Source of the DNA: a virus
Taxonomy: Duplodnaviria > Caudoviricetes
Virus record (IMG/VR): IMGVR_UViG_3300037408_000887
Location: 1 to 49,836 of that record
Direction: 5' to 3' (one strand)
DNA: 49,836 nt
The notes under the pieces are model-generated. The model was given only the letters and a program-made list of their open reading frames with translations. It was not told the DNA's origin and did not search any database. The translations under genes were made by a program, and so were the position numbers. Below are positions 1 through 9,495 of the stretch, one piece after another (position 1 is the stretch's first letter; every line of letters begins with the position of its first letter).

Positions 1-1163
1 CCTCCTCCTAGATTACCACCCATGATATAGCCCTTTAAAGAACCAGACACTCCTGTACAAAGGTCCTTCGCCGTATCAAGAGTTGCCGCTATCGCCGCAC
101 TCGCTTCCGTGCTGAAATTCAAGTCCTCGATTACATTCGTCAAGGCTCCGGTATTACCACCCATGACATAGCCCTTTAAAGAACCAGACACTCCGGCACA
201 AAAGTCCTTCGCCGTATCAAGAGTTGCCGCTATCACCGAAGATGACTCAACCGAAAAATTCAAGTCCTCAATTACTGCGGTCCTTGCCCCCGCATATCCA
301 CCCATGACATAGCCCTTCAATGTATAGATATCGCGAATTTCTATAGCTTGCCATGTCGTATCTTTCACGGTGCAGACCAATTTTATCGATGCATATGCGG
401 TTTTGCTTTTCAGATATCCCGCTGTTCCCGGAATTGTACTTTTATTCATGTATATAATATTTTGTCCGGAATTTTGATTTATCTGATATCCTCCTCCTCC
501 AATATCAACAATAGTTATTGTCGACCCTTGCTCTGCAGTCGCAGGAAGGGTGACCGTCGTTCGAGCAAGAGAATTGACATAGTTCATCATTCTCAATGGA
601 GCCGTATTCACAATTGTGAAAGTACCTCCTCCGGCCCCGACAAGCGTACCGAGAACGAGATCGTATGCGGGATCAGGAGCGACGGAGGAAACGACTATTG
701 TAAAAGACGGGACTCGCTCATAATTATAATTTCCTGCGGCATACGCCCTGTCTCGTGTATTACCGTTCGTTTCTGCGTATCGCACTTTTATGTAATTCGT
801 GGTCATTCCATCAAGAGTCGCACTCGCAATCGCGAGATTGGTTTGAGCCGTAACTTCAACCAGCCTTATCATATCCGCAGTCATTGTCGATGGCGGCAAT
901 GCGGCATAAGTATCTGGTATAGTAACGTTAAAATAAACCAGACCCGCCCCTGCGGTTATATTCACCGTATCTCCCGCACCCTGAGATACGAATAGGCCAT
1001 TCAATGCACAAGGGACAACGGAGGTAAACCCAAGACCCATACGCCCTATTTGATCGAGAACAAATTGGAAATCCCGTATCTTGTCGGGTGAATAATAGAG
1101 GTCACCATCATTGACCGGCAGACCTCCCGAGTAATCCCAATTCCCATGTTTTGCAATTGTCAT
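1..1163 (-). CDS. Tail fibre / receptor-binding protein with C-terminal Kelch-like beta-propeller repeats (runs off left edge)
   Basis: Not in the ORF track because it is open-ended. ATG at 1163 (MTIAKHGNWDYSGG...) with an AGAGAGG RBS, open to base 1. It follows the gpI-like gene. The C-terminal part has 47-aa repeats (GYVMGG...IEDLNFS.E....IAATLDTAKD.C.GVSGSLK). Confidence 0.85.
   Translation of the reverse strand, partial: MTIAKHGNWDYSGGLPVNDGDLYYSPDKIRDFQFVLDQIGRMGLGFTSVVPCALNGLFVSQGAGDTVNITAGAGLVYFNVTIPDTYAALPPSTMTADMIRLVEVTAQTNLAIASATLDGMTTNYIKVRYAETNGNTRDRAYAAGNYNYERVPSFTIVVSSVAPDPAYDLVLGTLVGAGGGTFTIVNTAPLRMMNYVNSLARTTVTLPATAEQGSTITIVDIGGGGYQINQNSGQNIIYMNKSTIPGTAGYLKSKTAYASIKLVCTVKDTTWQAIEIRDIYTLKGYVMGGYAGARTAVIEDLNFSVESSSVIAATLDTAKDFCAGVSGSLKGYVMGGNTGALTNVIEDLNFSTEASAAIAATLDTAKDLCTGVSGSLKGYIMGGNLGG
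12..320. repeat. 141-bp tandem repeats encoding 47-aa Kelch-like blades
   Basis: ccacccatga recurs with catga at 21, 162 and 303 (period 141). The first two copies are near-identical over about 80 bp. Confidence 0.9.
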
Positions 1164-1174
1164 TATCGTCCTCT

Positions 1175-1858
1175 CTAGTTTATAATTCCGCCGGGATATA
1201 CCTGCACCAATCCGGATGCATCATAATACGCAAGATATCCCTGCATATATGCGGGGATTGCATCTTGAGTCAGAAACAGAACCAACTGAGATAATGTTTC
1301 CGCAGTTAATACAGGGCCGACGACTCCATGGTGACAATCGATCCAGATACTACCGGGGATCCCCAATGTATATGATCCACCCGGGGTGATTTCTTCAAAC
1401 CCGAGATATCCGGCAACGACCCCGACTCCCTCGGGGGCCCAATGAGTGCCGACATTTACAACTCCATCACACTCTACCCATAAGTTCGCGGCCTTTTTAT
1501 ATGATGGAGTATTTATCAATTGAGCATCATATCCGGCAATGGAATCAAAAATAATTTTTACCTGAGCCTCCCACAACCCCCTCAACTTGTGGGAAGCAAC
1601 TGCCGCATATAATTTCGCTCTTTTTGTTTGCTCGGTATCATAACGATAAAACGTCACCCCGATCATATCCGCCATGACACTCAACAATGTGGACGGCATT
1701 CGCGCAGGGTCTTTAATATAAAACAAGCCGATGATTAAATCCCGAAATGCAAGCAGATCACTATCCATCTTTTCACACAGGGCGATAATTCCCTCATCCT
1801 GATTGTCGACCATCAGCTTCGGGAGATATTTCGATGATGGATAAGGCAATAAATACAT
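1175..1858 (-). CDS. Baseplate wedge / tail protein I-like (P2 gpI type)
   Basis: Motif DPARMPSTLLSVMADMIGV...KRAKL...HKLRG; lies between baseplate J and the fibre. Confidence 0.75.
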   Translation of the reverse strand: MYLLPYPSSKYLPKLMVDNQDEGIIALCEKMDSDLLAFRDLIIGLFYIKDPARMPSTLLSVMADMIGVTFYRYDTEQTKRAKLYAAVASHKLRGLWEAQVKIIFDSIAGYDAQLINTPSYKKAANLWVECDGVVNVGTHWAPEGVGVVAGYLGFEEITPGGSYTLGIPGSIWIDCHHGVVGPVLTAETLSQLVLFLTQDAIPAYMQGYLAYYDASGLVQVYPGGIIN

Positions 1859-3627
1859 TATGGGATTTCCGTTATCAATGCAGGATTTATATTATCACTT
1901 GAGATTTCGAGAACTCCGGTCGTTATCGGGAAAGCGGGGGCGGCGATTATGCAATAATCAACACCATCCACAAACGAATCGACAAAACCGGACACATCAG
2001 ATTCATACCACGTTTTATTAAAATCAGTCGATTCAAGATTATCAAGAATGCGCTCAATCGAAGAAAAATCAATAGCAGTAAATGAAGTTGCCCATTTATT
2101 ATTGATATAGTCGACCGCATCAGAGGTTCCGCTCGATGCGTAGACATCCAGAATTTCCTTCCCGACTTCGGAAAAAAGCAACCTTAACGCAAGAACCGCA
2201 AGTGCCTGAACCGTCGTCCATATTGCCGTTGATTTTTTGTGGATGCTCATCGTGATTGAAACATTGACATATGTCGGGTCAACGGCAACTGTATAAACCG
2301 AGTTCATGATGGTCAATGCCTCAAGAGTTGTTTCGACCTCCGTGAGTAGCGCAGGGGCGGGGAGACCTCCACCATTCGGAACGACAATAATCTGCTGAGA
2401 GAACAGCCCGTAATAATTCGCATTTACTCCCGCAAGCAATACTCCCGAAATTTGCTCTGCAAGGTATTTTGCATCTTCAATTGTAACGCATCGATTCCGC
2501 GCCTTGAGAAGCATGGGAGCAATTATTCTCGCCGTCTCCATCGACTCCTCATCCGCCCCACCGGTAAACTCGCCCGAGTTGGTCACGCCTGTAATATCAG
2601 CCGACCCTCCGGTATAGTTTGAGATTTTATCCTGCGAATAGACGTTGCTATTCGCACCGCCCCCGACGGCATAATCAGCATAAATCCCGAAGTTCCCGGG
2701 GATTGCCCCGTAGGTCCCGTCGCCGAACATTATCATCGAATCACCATCGGACAGATAGATGAGACGATAATGAGTATCGGCAGGACCGGATTCGACCAAC
2801 GTCGTCACCCTTGTCCATGCAACTCCATCAATTACGATGGATAACGTCGCGGGTAAAACCCACTTGTCATTAAGACGATGAGTTTGCCATGGAGCAATCC
2901 CGTCACTCACGCCCACGACATATGACGATGAGATCGATCTCTGTTGGTGACATTCGACTTGGAATGACCAGAGATATATCGTATGGACGCCGACCCCTGC
3001 GCCCGTGATATCTATGTATTCATTGCGGTATGCTTTTTCTATTGTCTCCGCGAGACGTATTCCTGCCGCCGATTCATATATTGCATAATAATCCGTATCA
3101 ACCGCCAGCGGAGGAGGGATCGTCCCCGCCGAAGATACCCGGACCTTTTCTCCGGTAGTATATTCATGAGCCCCGGTCGTGGTGAGAACATCGGTTCCCG
3201 CATTCGCCGTGAATGTTTCAGAAAATAATGCCGCGATATTGAAACCGCTTCTTGCCTCAAATTGAAGCGATGCAGATGTCAGACTTGATTTTGAAATCGC
3301 CGTTAATTCAGCCTCCGTAAATGCCGCAGGAAACACAATGGTCGCGGGGTTCATATGAAAAATGAGATATCCTGCAGATGTCGCCTGTGGGGACATCTGA
3401 TAATCCAACATGGCACAGAGATCATATACGGCCTGACGTGTAAATGCGGTCGCAAGAAACGCTTGATTCGCTATTGCGTTCATCTGGACGCCCTCGACGT
3501 CTCTCACTCCCGCCCAAATTCTTTTCCACCATTCAGGCTTGTCCCTGAGCAGGGGATCAGAATTTATGTTGTTCATGACAGAATCATAGTCATACGACGT
3601 GTATTGAATTGGATTTTGGATTGTCAT
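1858..3627 (-). CDS. Baseplate J-like wedge protein (T4 gp6 / P2 gpJ type)
   Basis: N-terminal YTSYDYDS and AFLATA..RQAVYDL, then FGDGTYGAIP and GGADEES...RCVTIED motifs; synteny. Confidence 0.88.
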   Translation of the reverse strand: MTIQNPIQYTSYDYDSVMNNINSDPLLRDKPEWWKRIWAGVRDVEGVQMNAIANQAFLATAFTRQAVYDLCAMLDYQMSPQATSAGYLIFHMNPATIVFPAAFTEAELTAISKSSLTSASLQFEARSGFNIAALFSETFTANAGTDVLTTTGAHEYTTGEKVRVSSAGTIPPPLAVDTDYYAIYESAAGIRLAETIEKAYRNEYIDITGAGVGVHTIYLWSFQVECHQQRSISSSYVVGVSDGIAPWQTHRLNDKWVLPATLSIVIDGVAWTRVTTLVESGPADTHYRLIYLSDGDSMIMFGDGTYGAIPGNFGIYADYAVGGGANSNVYSQDKISNYTGGSADITGVTNSGEFTGGADEESMETARIIAPMLLKARNRCVTIEDAKYLAEQISGVLLAGVNANYYGLFSQQIIVVPNGGGLPAPALLTEVETTLEALTIMNSVYTVAVDPTYVNVSITMSIHKKSTAIWTTVQALAVLALRLLFSEVGKEILDVYASSGTSDAVDYINNKWATSFTAIDFSSIERILDNLESTDFNKTWYESDVSGFVDSFVDGVDYCIIAAPAFPITTGVLEISSDNINPALITEIP

Positions 3628-4070
3628 GATATCCCTGCCGTAGAAAAGTTCAGAATGCCCCTCGGAGAATCAGCTTCACCCGAGTCCATAAAAAGAACGT
3701 AAAGAACGGTAATATCAATATTGCCATTTCCTTTTACATCGAATGAAATCGCGTCCTGAGCCGTCGCGATTCGCCTGTCGGGATATCCACCCGATCCATC
3801 AGAGACATACGTATTTCGGTACGCAATCGCATCCGCAATCGAAAATGGAATGCCTATTTTTAGCATAAGCCCGATGGGATGTCCTTCAAAGTCCTTTACT
3901 CCTGCCCCGCTTCTTCTGAAAAAATACTGCGACCTTTTCGGCTGAATAAGCAATTGCATGAGATCGGACACACATTCATCACGTTCGTTTATAATTCCTT
4001 CTCCATAATAAAAGAAATGATCCGAACTTGCATTCTTTAAAAAAATATCACTATCGAATACCATTGTCAA
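3624..4070 (-). CDS. Baseplate gp25/gpW-like protein
   Basis: 148 aa with DLMQLL..PK.S..F.R..G.G pattern; lies between spike and baseplate J. Confidence 0.65.
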   Translation of the reverse strand: MTMVFDSDIFLKNASSDHFFYYGEGIINERDECVSDLMQLLIQPKRSQYFFRRSGAGVKDFEGHPIGLMLKIGIPFSIADAIAYRNTYVSDGSGGYPDRRIATAQDAISFDVKGNGNIDITVLYVLFMDSGEADSPRGILNFSTAGIS

Positions 4071-4714
4071 GAACCTTTAATAAGGGTTGATAAAATGTTC
4101 GCATAATTGGGGACCGGATCGGCAATGAATGTCGCCGCCGCCGCTTTCAATGCGGCTCCTCCATCATTCGGGACAGGGGCCCATGTGCTGAATGCAGTCT
4201 GCAAGTCTGTGATCATTTTTTTTTGTTTCTCAAGTTCAGTTTTGAACGTATCTCCGAGAACATACGATTCAGTCGCCTCAAGCATTCTAATACCCGCCTT
4301 GCTCGATCCAATAACGATATTTCCCTGTGCATCATAAAGCACATGATTCGCGCTATCCAGCGGGTCCTCGAAAAGAACATGCTCGATCGAATTCCCTGTC
4401 CACTTCGACGGTATGTTGCGATTAACCTCTGTCGCGAGATGCAGATAAACAGGCTTTCCGCTATCGCCGTTCAAAAAATAAACCTCAACCCATGCCCCGA
4501 TCTTCGGGACGCTCATGCTATGTCCCTGCCGGGGATAACACCACATCCCCAACGACATATTGTCCATCCCAAGATCGTAAAGCATCACCTTCACTCTCCC
4601 GAGTTTCGAGGGATCGTTATTATCACACACTTCCCCGAGATAATGCCTGAGAAAAACCGTCTCGGTCCTGACGATCTCGCATATCATATCATAAATATCA
4701 TCACTATGCAACAT
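4067..4714 (-). CDS. Baseplate spike (gpV / gp5 OB-fold)
   Basis: GEVCDNNDPSKLGRVKV and SVPKIGAWVEVYFLNGD..KPVY motifs. The likely start is ATG 4714 rather than 4786. Confidence 0.88.
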   Translation of the reverse strand: MLHSDDIYDMICEIVRTETVFLRHYLGEVCDNNDPSKLGRVKVMLYDLGMDNMSLGMWCYPRQGHSMSVPKIGAWVEVYFLNGDSGKPVYLHLATEVNRNIPSKWTGNSIEHVLFEDPLDSANHVLYDAQGNIVIGSSKAGIRMLEATESYVLGDTFKTELEKQKKMITDLQTAFSTWAPVPNDGGAALKAAAATFIADPVPNYANILSTLIKGS

Positions 4715-5969
4715 AGCTTCCCCCCTGCAGGGTGAGAGCATCAACGATATCAAGGTCCATATGATAACCATGCTCATCGATAACATGAGTAACGGACCTC
4801 ACCCACATCTCCTGTTTTGGCATTACCCCGGTTTGAGGACGGAATATATTTGGAAAGCCCTCCCCGAGAATCACCTTTGTCGGCGCGGTCATCATCGGGT
4901 TCCCAAGCATGCGAACCTTCAATGACCATCCGTACCCCTGCGGCGCGACTGATTGTTGTGCCGCTATGAAATATCCCTTTTCAACAAGCGCGTCAAACGA
5001 GTTTTCCTGTAGTAACGACATGGCATGAGCAACCGCCGATCCTGCCGATCGTGCCGCTTTCGATTCAATTTCCGCTCGTATTTTCGGCATGTTTATCCGA
5101 TAATCAGTAATCGTCTGTTCTTCCGCTCGATATCTCTTGAACTGAGGTTCTTTATTTACAAAAGAAATTTGGACATTATCTCCCTGCTCGTTCCCGGCAT
5201 TATGCTCGAAGGTATAGCTTTCGACATTCGCGGTTCCATGCTTATAGTTGAGCGTAATCGAATCCCCAACTGAGCCCCCGACCATAGATGCGAACCGCTT
5301 TGCATCCTGAGATGATAACTCAGAGAAAAGCGCAACTGATCCCATTTTCCCATGCCCTATCGAAAATTCGCAATCGTTCTCTTGTGCGAATCGTTTAAGG
5401 AAACGGAAATGACTTTCTATTTGAACCACCTGTCCGTCCATCCCGATCTTGTCGTTCCCATTCTGGAAAGAGACAAGACGGTTTGCGGGAGAAATATCGA
5501 GATCAGTCAAAACATCATGAACGATCTGACTTTTTGTTGTCGATGTCCATACTCGTGATCTTTTTCCCGCGAAGAAAGCATTTCCCATGAAGTTCGCATT
5601 ATATGTCACGACTCCATTCTGATCGCCCCCGCCCGATGGACCAATGATTCTTGCCTTTACCCCGCCGCGAAAAGGGGCCCCGATAATTTCCTTGGGGTTT
5701 TTCATCTGCGCGAATTTTGCAATCAATGATGAATCGGGAAACTTATAGCCCCACGACAATTCTATCTCTATCCCCGGCCTGAGCATCATGTCGAGAACGG
5801 TGTTGAAGGGATCGTACATTCGTATCGATCCGGTAAAAATTTTCTTCCTCTCCTCCGTTACGGATAGAGAAATAATTCTGTCCTGTAGTGCATTCATTAC
5901 GGACGATGCGGGAAGCGATTTCGCCTTGACTTCAAAAAATGCAGACTGTTGATTGAAAAAGCCCATCAT
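4704..5969 (-). CDS. Baseplate hub (gpD / gp27-like)
   Basis: ISLSVTEE, IELSWGY, QIESHFRFLKRFA, GNP and WVRSVTHVI motifs; lies upstream of the spike. Confidence 0.8.
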   Translation of the reverse strand: MMGFFNQQSAFFEVKAKSLPASSVMNALQDRIISLSVTEERKKIFTGSIRMYDPFNTVLDMMLRPGIEIELSWGYKFPDSSLIAKFAQMKNPKEIIGAPFRGGVKARIIGPSGGGDQNGVVTYNANFMGNAFFAGKRSRVWTSTTKSQIVHDVLTDLDISPANRLVSFQNGNDKIGMDGQVVQIESHFRFLKRFAQENDCEFSIGHGKMGSVALFSELSSQDAKRFASMVGGSVGDSITLNYKHGTANVESYTFEHNAGNEQGDNVQISFVNKEPQFKRYRAEEQTITDYRINMPKIRAEIESKAARSAGSAVAHAMSLLQENSFDALVEKGYFIAAQQSVAPQGYGWSLKVRMLGNPMMTAPTKVILGEGFPNIFRPQTGVMPKQEMWVRSVTHVIDEHGYHMDLDIVDALTLQGGSYVA

Positions 5970-6253
5970 GGTATCGGTATTTTAATTGATTTCATCATCG
6001 AAGTATCGAACATGCAATCCATTAACGCGATAATATTATGCTCGATTATTCTATAAACTTCGGGCTCTCCTCCGTCTCGATATACGTTTTTCCTGCTTGC
6101 TATCTCATCGAGATCGTCACCGCTTTTTAACTCGACGGAGAACCATGTTTCATAATCGGATGCATCCAGATATCTAATATCCTTTACTGAATAACTATTG
6201 CCATTATAATCAGTAAATGAGACATCCGCGACGCCTGTATATCGTATGCTCAT
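5966..6253 (-). CDS. LysM-like / gpX baseplate protein
   Basis: GDDLDEIA....Y....VYRIIEHN...IKIP is a degenerate LysM pattern; synteny. Confidence 0.7.
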   Translation of the reverse strand: MSIRYTGVADVSFTDYNGNSYSVKDIRYLDASDYETWFSVELKSGDDLDEIASRKNVYRDGGEPEVYRIIEHNIIALMDCMFDTSMMKSIKIPIP

Positions 6254-6807
6254 ACCGGCTTACGCCTCATCATGAAATCGACGACCGATGTCGCGATTCC
6301 GGTTATCGATTGCACTCTCCGGTAAACCTCCTCCATCATATACAACGGGTTGGTTTCATCGAGTATCAATTCAATATCGATCATCGTGTATTGCGGAAAC
6401 CCTGTTTGATTTACGAAATCGCTTCTATTGGAAAAATTACATTTCGCAACGTGATAAATCTGAGGGGTTGAATGCGTTCCCCATTGATAGAGAACTCTCG
6501 GGTTGGGGGTGAATTGACCAGAGAATATCTTGGTAAAACCCATTGATTGATTTCTCAATTGCTCGAACTGATTCAAGAGTTGCATGTTCCCGATATACTG
6601 ATCACGCCGTATGAGAGGAAGCGTAAATGACAAGTGCCGGTTCCCCCCTCCTCCATATGAAACAGGACGGAAGTTAAGACCGGGAATCGGAGTTTCGGCA
6701 AGAACGATATCTTTTTTATCCGTGAGGTCTGACGGAAGAACGTGCTTGGACGTTATCAATTGATAATTGTCGATATCGAGCATATACCAAAAGACATTTC
6801 CCATCAT
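6250..6807 (-). CDS. Tail tube initiator (gpU-like)
   Basis: IPGL...VSYGGGGNRHLSFTL and PRVLYQWG motifs; lies immediately after the tape measure gene. Confidence 0.7.
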   Translation of the reverse strand: MMGNVFWYMLDIDNYQLITSKHVLPSDLTDKKDIVLAETPIPGLNFRPVSYGGGGNRHLSFTLPLIRRDQYIGNMQLLNQFEQLRNQSMGFTKIFSGQFTPNPRVLYQWGTHSTPQIYHVAKCNFSNRSDFVNQTGFPQYTMIDIELILDETNPLYMMEEVYRRVQSITGIATSVVDFMMRRKPV

Positions 6808-8003
6808 TGCTTACCCCCTCCCGCCGCCGCTTTCCTGAGTTCTGACGCCGTTTTTCTCGCGACCTCATCAGCATTCGCGTTCGGGGCATTGATATTCATG
6901 TTTACGGTATTGATATTTGTGTTCCCTTGATTCGAGTTATTAACGCTCTGCAATGGCGTTCCCTTTGGTTGCAGACTTTCGGGCAATTGAACATTATAAG
7001 CATCTGCAACTGATCCAGCAATTTGACGACCTCTTTCTTTTGCCCTTTCTGAATATTTGTTCCGTATCTCTATTATTTTTACGGCTTGATCAAAACCCGA
7101 TAAATTTTTCGTTGCTTCTTCTATTTCCTTATATTCCTGTATTCCATCCAGCACGAAACCAACCGCATGAGCAATTGTCGTTATTGCCGCCGCGATATTC
7201 TTGAGCGCAAAAAGAACCCACGATCCGAGAATGTTCCCCAACTCCTTGAACGCGCCACTCAGGTCTCCTACCTCGGCGAACAAGTCGCGGAATGCCGTAC
7301 CAATAAATGAGAATGCATCAACGATTCGCATGATGGGCTCAGATACTCCACGAGCCCCCTCCGTGAACCCGTCGAAAAATGACTTGAGCAACCTGAGACT
7401 ATATCCGATACTTTCTGCAAGAAAATCGAATACCGGTTCAAGCAAAACCTGAATCGTCGTAACGATAACGGCGAACTTAAATAAAAGAACATTTATCAAG
7501 TCCATTATGTTTTTCGACGTCAGTCCGAAAATCTTCCGAACCTGATCAGATACTTTGGTCCAGAACTTTTCGAGAGTCGAAAAGAATGCTTTGACAACCG
7601 AGAACACTACCCGGAATATATTTACAATAACTCCTCCCCAACGAACGAACATCGCCCGATTATCTCGTACCCAATTCAATATCCCCTGCAGTACCGGGAT
7701 GAGTTCTTGACGGAGAGGCCAGAGTAGATTTTTTAGAAAGACATCCGATGCAAGCTGAAATGTTTTACCGATTTCAGGGACATAGGAGAGGAGTCTCCCA
7801 ACTGCGGCAGAGATCAGCCCGACGGCCTTACCCATGATTGCCGTCCAGAGTCCTATCGATCTCGACCCTCGACGCTCCATATGGGTTGTCGAGTCTGCGA
7901 CGCGAGTAAACTGAGCCTCAAGCGCGGAGAGTCTATCTGTTATTGACTTGATTCCCGCTTCTAGCAGTTTGGGGTCAAATGTCAATTCGAGGTCAGTTCC
8001 CAT
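6804..8003 (-). CDS. Tape measure protein (short, 399 aa)
   Basis: Amphipathic helical sequence with periodic F/W; C-terminal NINTVNMNINAP; follows the tail assembly chaperones. Confidence 0.8.
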   Translation of the reverse strand: MGTDLELTFDPKLLEAGIKSITDRLSALEAQFTRVADSTTHMERRGSRSIGLWTAIMGKAVGLISAAVGRLLSYVPEIGKTFQLASDVFLKNLLWPLRQELIPVLQGILNWVRDNRAMFVRWGGVIVNIFRVVFSVVKAFFSTLEKFWTKVSDQVRKIFGLTSKNIMDLINVLLFKFAVIVTTIQVLLEPVFDFLAESIGYSLRLLKSFFDGFTEGARGVSEPIMRIVDAFSFIGTAFRDLFAEVGDLSGAFKELGNILGSWVLFALKNIAAAITTIAHAVGFVLDGIQEYKEIEEATKNLSGFDQAVKIIEIRNKYSERAKERGRQIAGSVADAYNVQLPESLQPKGTPLQSVNNSNQGNTNINTVNMNINAPNANADEVARKTASELRKAAAGGGKQ

Positions 8004-8223
8004 TGTTTTCCTCTGTAGAAATCCTCTGAACCCTCAATGCCTCTTTCAGCACTACGTCGTATTTTTTCGTCGTCAGTCTTTTCGTCTCATCAAAAGAGAA
8101 CCCGCCCTTTGAATAATACGAGATGAGAAATTGTTGTTTCAATAACAATTCACTCGTGACATCGAGAAACCGGATCGATTCCGCCAACCAGATATCGCAT
8201 AAACTCCCCTCGCCTCTGATCAC
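7993..8223 (-). CDS. Tail assembly chaperone C-terminal extension (gpT-like, reached by -1 frameshift)
   Basis: Lies in the -1 frame of 8220..9056 and is open from the slippery site at 8241-8247. Confidence 0.7.
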   Translation of the reverse strand: MIRGEGSLCDIWLAESIRFLDVTSELLLKQQFLISYYSKGGFSFDETKRLTTKKYDVVLKEALRVQRISTEENNGN

Positions 8224-9056
8224 ACAAGGGGAGTGGAATCGAAAAAATTTGACGTATTAACCACCGGTCTCCATTTCTTTCCGCATTTCTTACATTCCTT
8301 GTCCACGCGCCTATCGATCCCGTATCTGTTTATAGTATCAGAAAGAATCCGAAGGTCTTTCGATGCGGTTCTTATCTTTCCCATAAAAAGATTACCGTAT
8401 TCATTGCGGAATTTATTATCTATTTTTTCTCCATTGACTTTTGTCATTGCTTCAACGTATATCGCTATTTGAAGTTTTACAGGGTCCTTCGCGCCGACCT
8501 TGCTCTCGGCGACAATACAGTTTTCAAGAGTAGGGATCGCAACCTCAAAGTTTTCGATCTGTAACATGACATCCCCGCCACGATCAGAGATGACAACCGG
8601 CTCACTAAGATCGACCCGAATCTCATGCTTGTCGACATACGGATCGAACACGCCAACCTTGAGGCTTGATATCCTATCTCTCGTATCAAGAACGATCCCG
8701 TCATCTTCTCGATATTCCGCGATACTTTCGGTCCCGCATCGTGGACACGGATAAAACCCCTCGATTCCATCGTCATCATTATCGAGGAGCAACGCCTGTA
8801 TTGCAATATAGTCAACCGACCGAAAGGGGAGTTTCGGGAGAATCGATCTGATCGAGACTGAATCATCAACGATTCTCCCGTCCTCCGTCGTAAACGACCG
8901 GACGCATCCTGCCACGAATGCCCGGAGCGCAGGAAAATACTTTCCCTCATCTGCGATTGACCTCGATTGAGCAAGGCAATCAACTGACGGGGATTGAATA
9001 TCCACGTTCACATATAGAACCTTCTCAATTTCTACCGGAACTGGAAGTATCATCAT
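8220..9056 (-). CDS. Tail assembly chaperone with two CxxC motifs (T4 gp26/gp51-like)
   Basis: CPRCG and CKKCG motifs, ends ...NFF; lies between tube and tape measure. Confidence 0.75.
   Translation of the reverse strand: MMILPVPVEIEKVLYVNVDIQSPSVDCLAQSRSIADEGKYFPALRAFVAGCVRSFTTEDGRIVDDSVSIRSILPKLPFRSVDYIAIQALLLDNDDDGIEGFYPCPRCGTESIAEYREDDGIVLDTRDRISSLKVGVFDPYVDKHEIRVDLSEPVVISDRGGDVMLQIENFEVAIPTLENCIVAESKVGAKDPVKLQIAIYVEAMTKVNGEKIDNKFRNEYGNLFMGKIRTASKDLRILSDTINRYGIDRRVDKECKKCGKKWRPVVNTSNFFDSTPLV
8241..8247 (-). other. Programmed -1 frameshift heptamer T TTT TTC
   Basis: The minus strand reads AAT TTT TTC GAT in frame. A -1 slip continues RFHSPCVIRGEG... into 7993..8223. Confidence 0.75.
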
Positions 9057-9063
9057 TCACCCC

Positions 9064-9483
9064 TTATGCGATATTTATTGTTTTGATATCCCATGGCGCA
9101 ACGATCACCGTCACGCTCATTATCTCGGGATTTTCAGCATCATACGGGGGAGTTCTGTGGTCGATGCATTCGCACATCTGCCAGAGTCTCCTCTCGATGG
9201 GAACTCCATTTTGGTCGGTCCTTACCTCTGTGCAGTCCTTCACCTGACGCTTCTCGAAGAAGTCATTGAAGAACTTCTGAGTTATCGTTCCTCGATCGAC
9301 CTTGTAGGTACATTCCATGTTCGGGACCATGGTGACCTCGGATGAAACGTCGCGCTCCTTGTAGTAGCCCGGAGACTTCGCGGTCTTTTTGGTCTTTTTC
9401 ATTTCCGCGACCTTTATGAGACCGGGAATTTCAACGCCATCCCATAACAGAATTTTCTTCTCGATTATTGACGGTTTTTGCAT
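9064..9483 (-). CDS. Tail tube protein
   Basis: 139-aa beta-rich protein directly after the sheath gene. Confidence 0.8.
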   Translation of the reverse strand: MQKPSIIEKKILLWDGVEIPGLIKVAEMKKTKKTAKSPGYYKERDVSSEVTMVPNMECTYKVDRGTITQKFFNDFFEKRQVKDCTEVRTDQNGVPIERRLWQMCECIDHRTPPYDAENPEIMSVTVIVAPWDIKTINIA

Positions 9484-9495
9484 TTCTCAACTCCT

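Noticed and set aside
1-330. Fibre repeats as a diversity-generating retroelement TR/VR pair
   Set aside because: No reverse transcriptase is present, the copies are in-frame tandem blades, and the differences are not restricted to adenines.
348-995. 215-aa + strand ORF and the other + strand ORFs in the track (e.g. 10390..11229, 20983..21894)
   Set aside because: They are antisense shadows of well-supported minus-strand genes, with no recognisable motifs.
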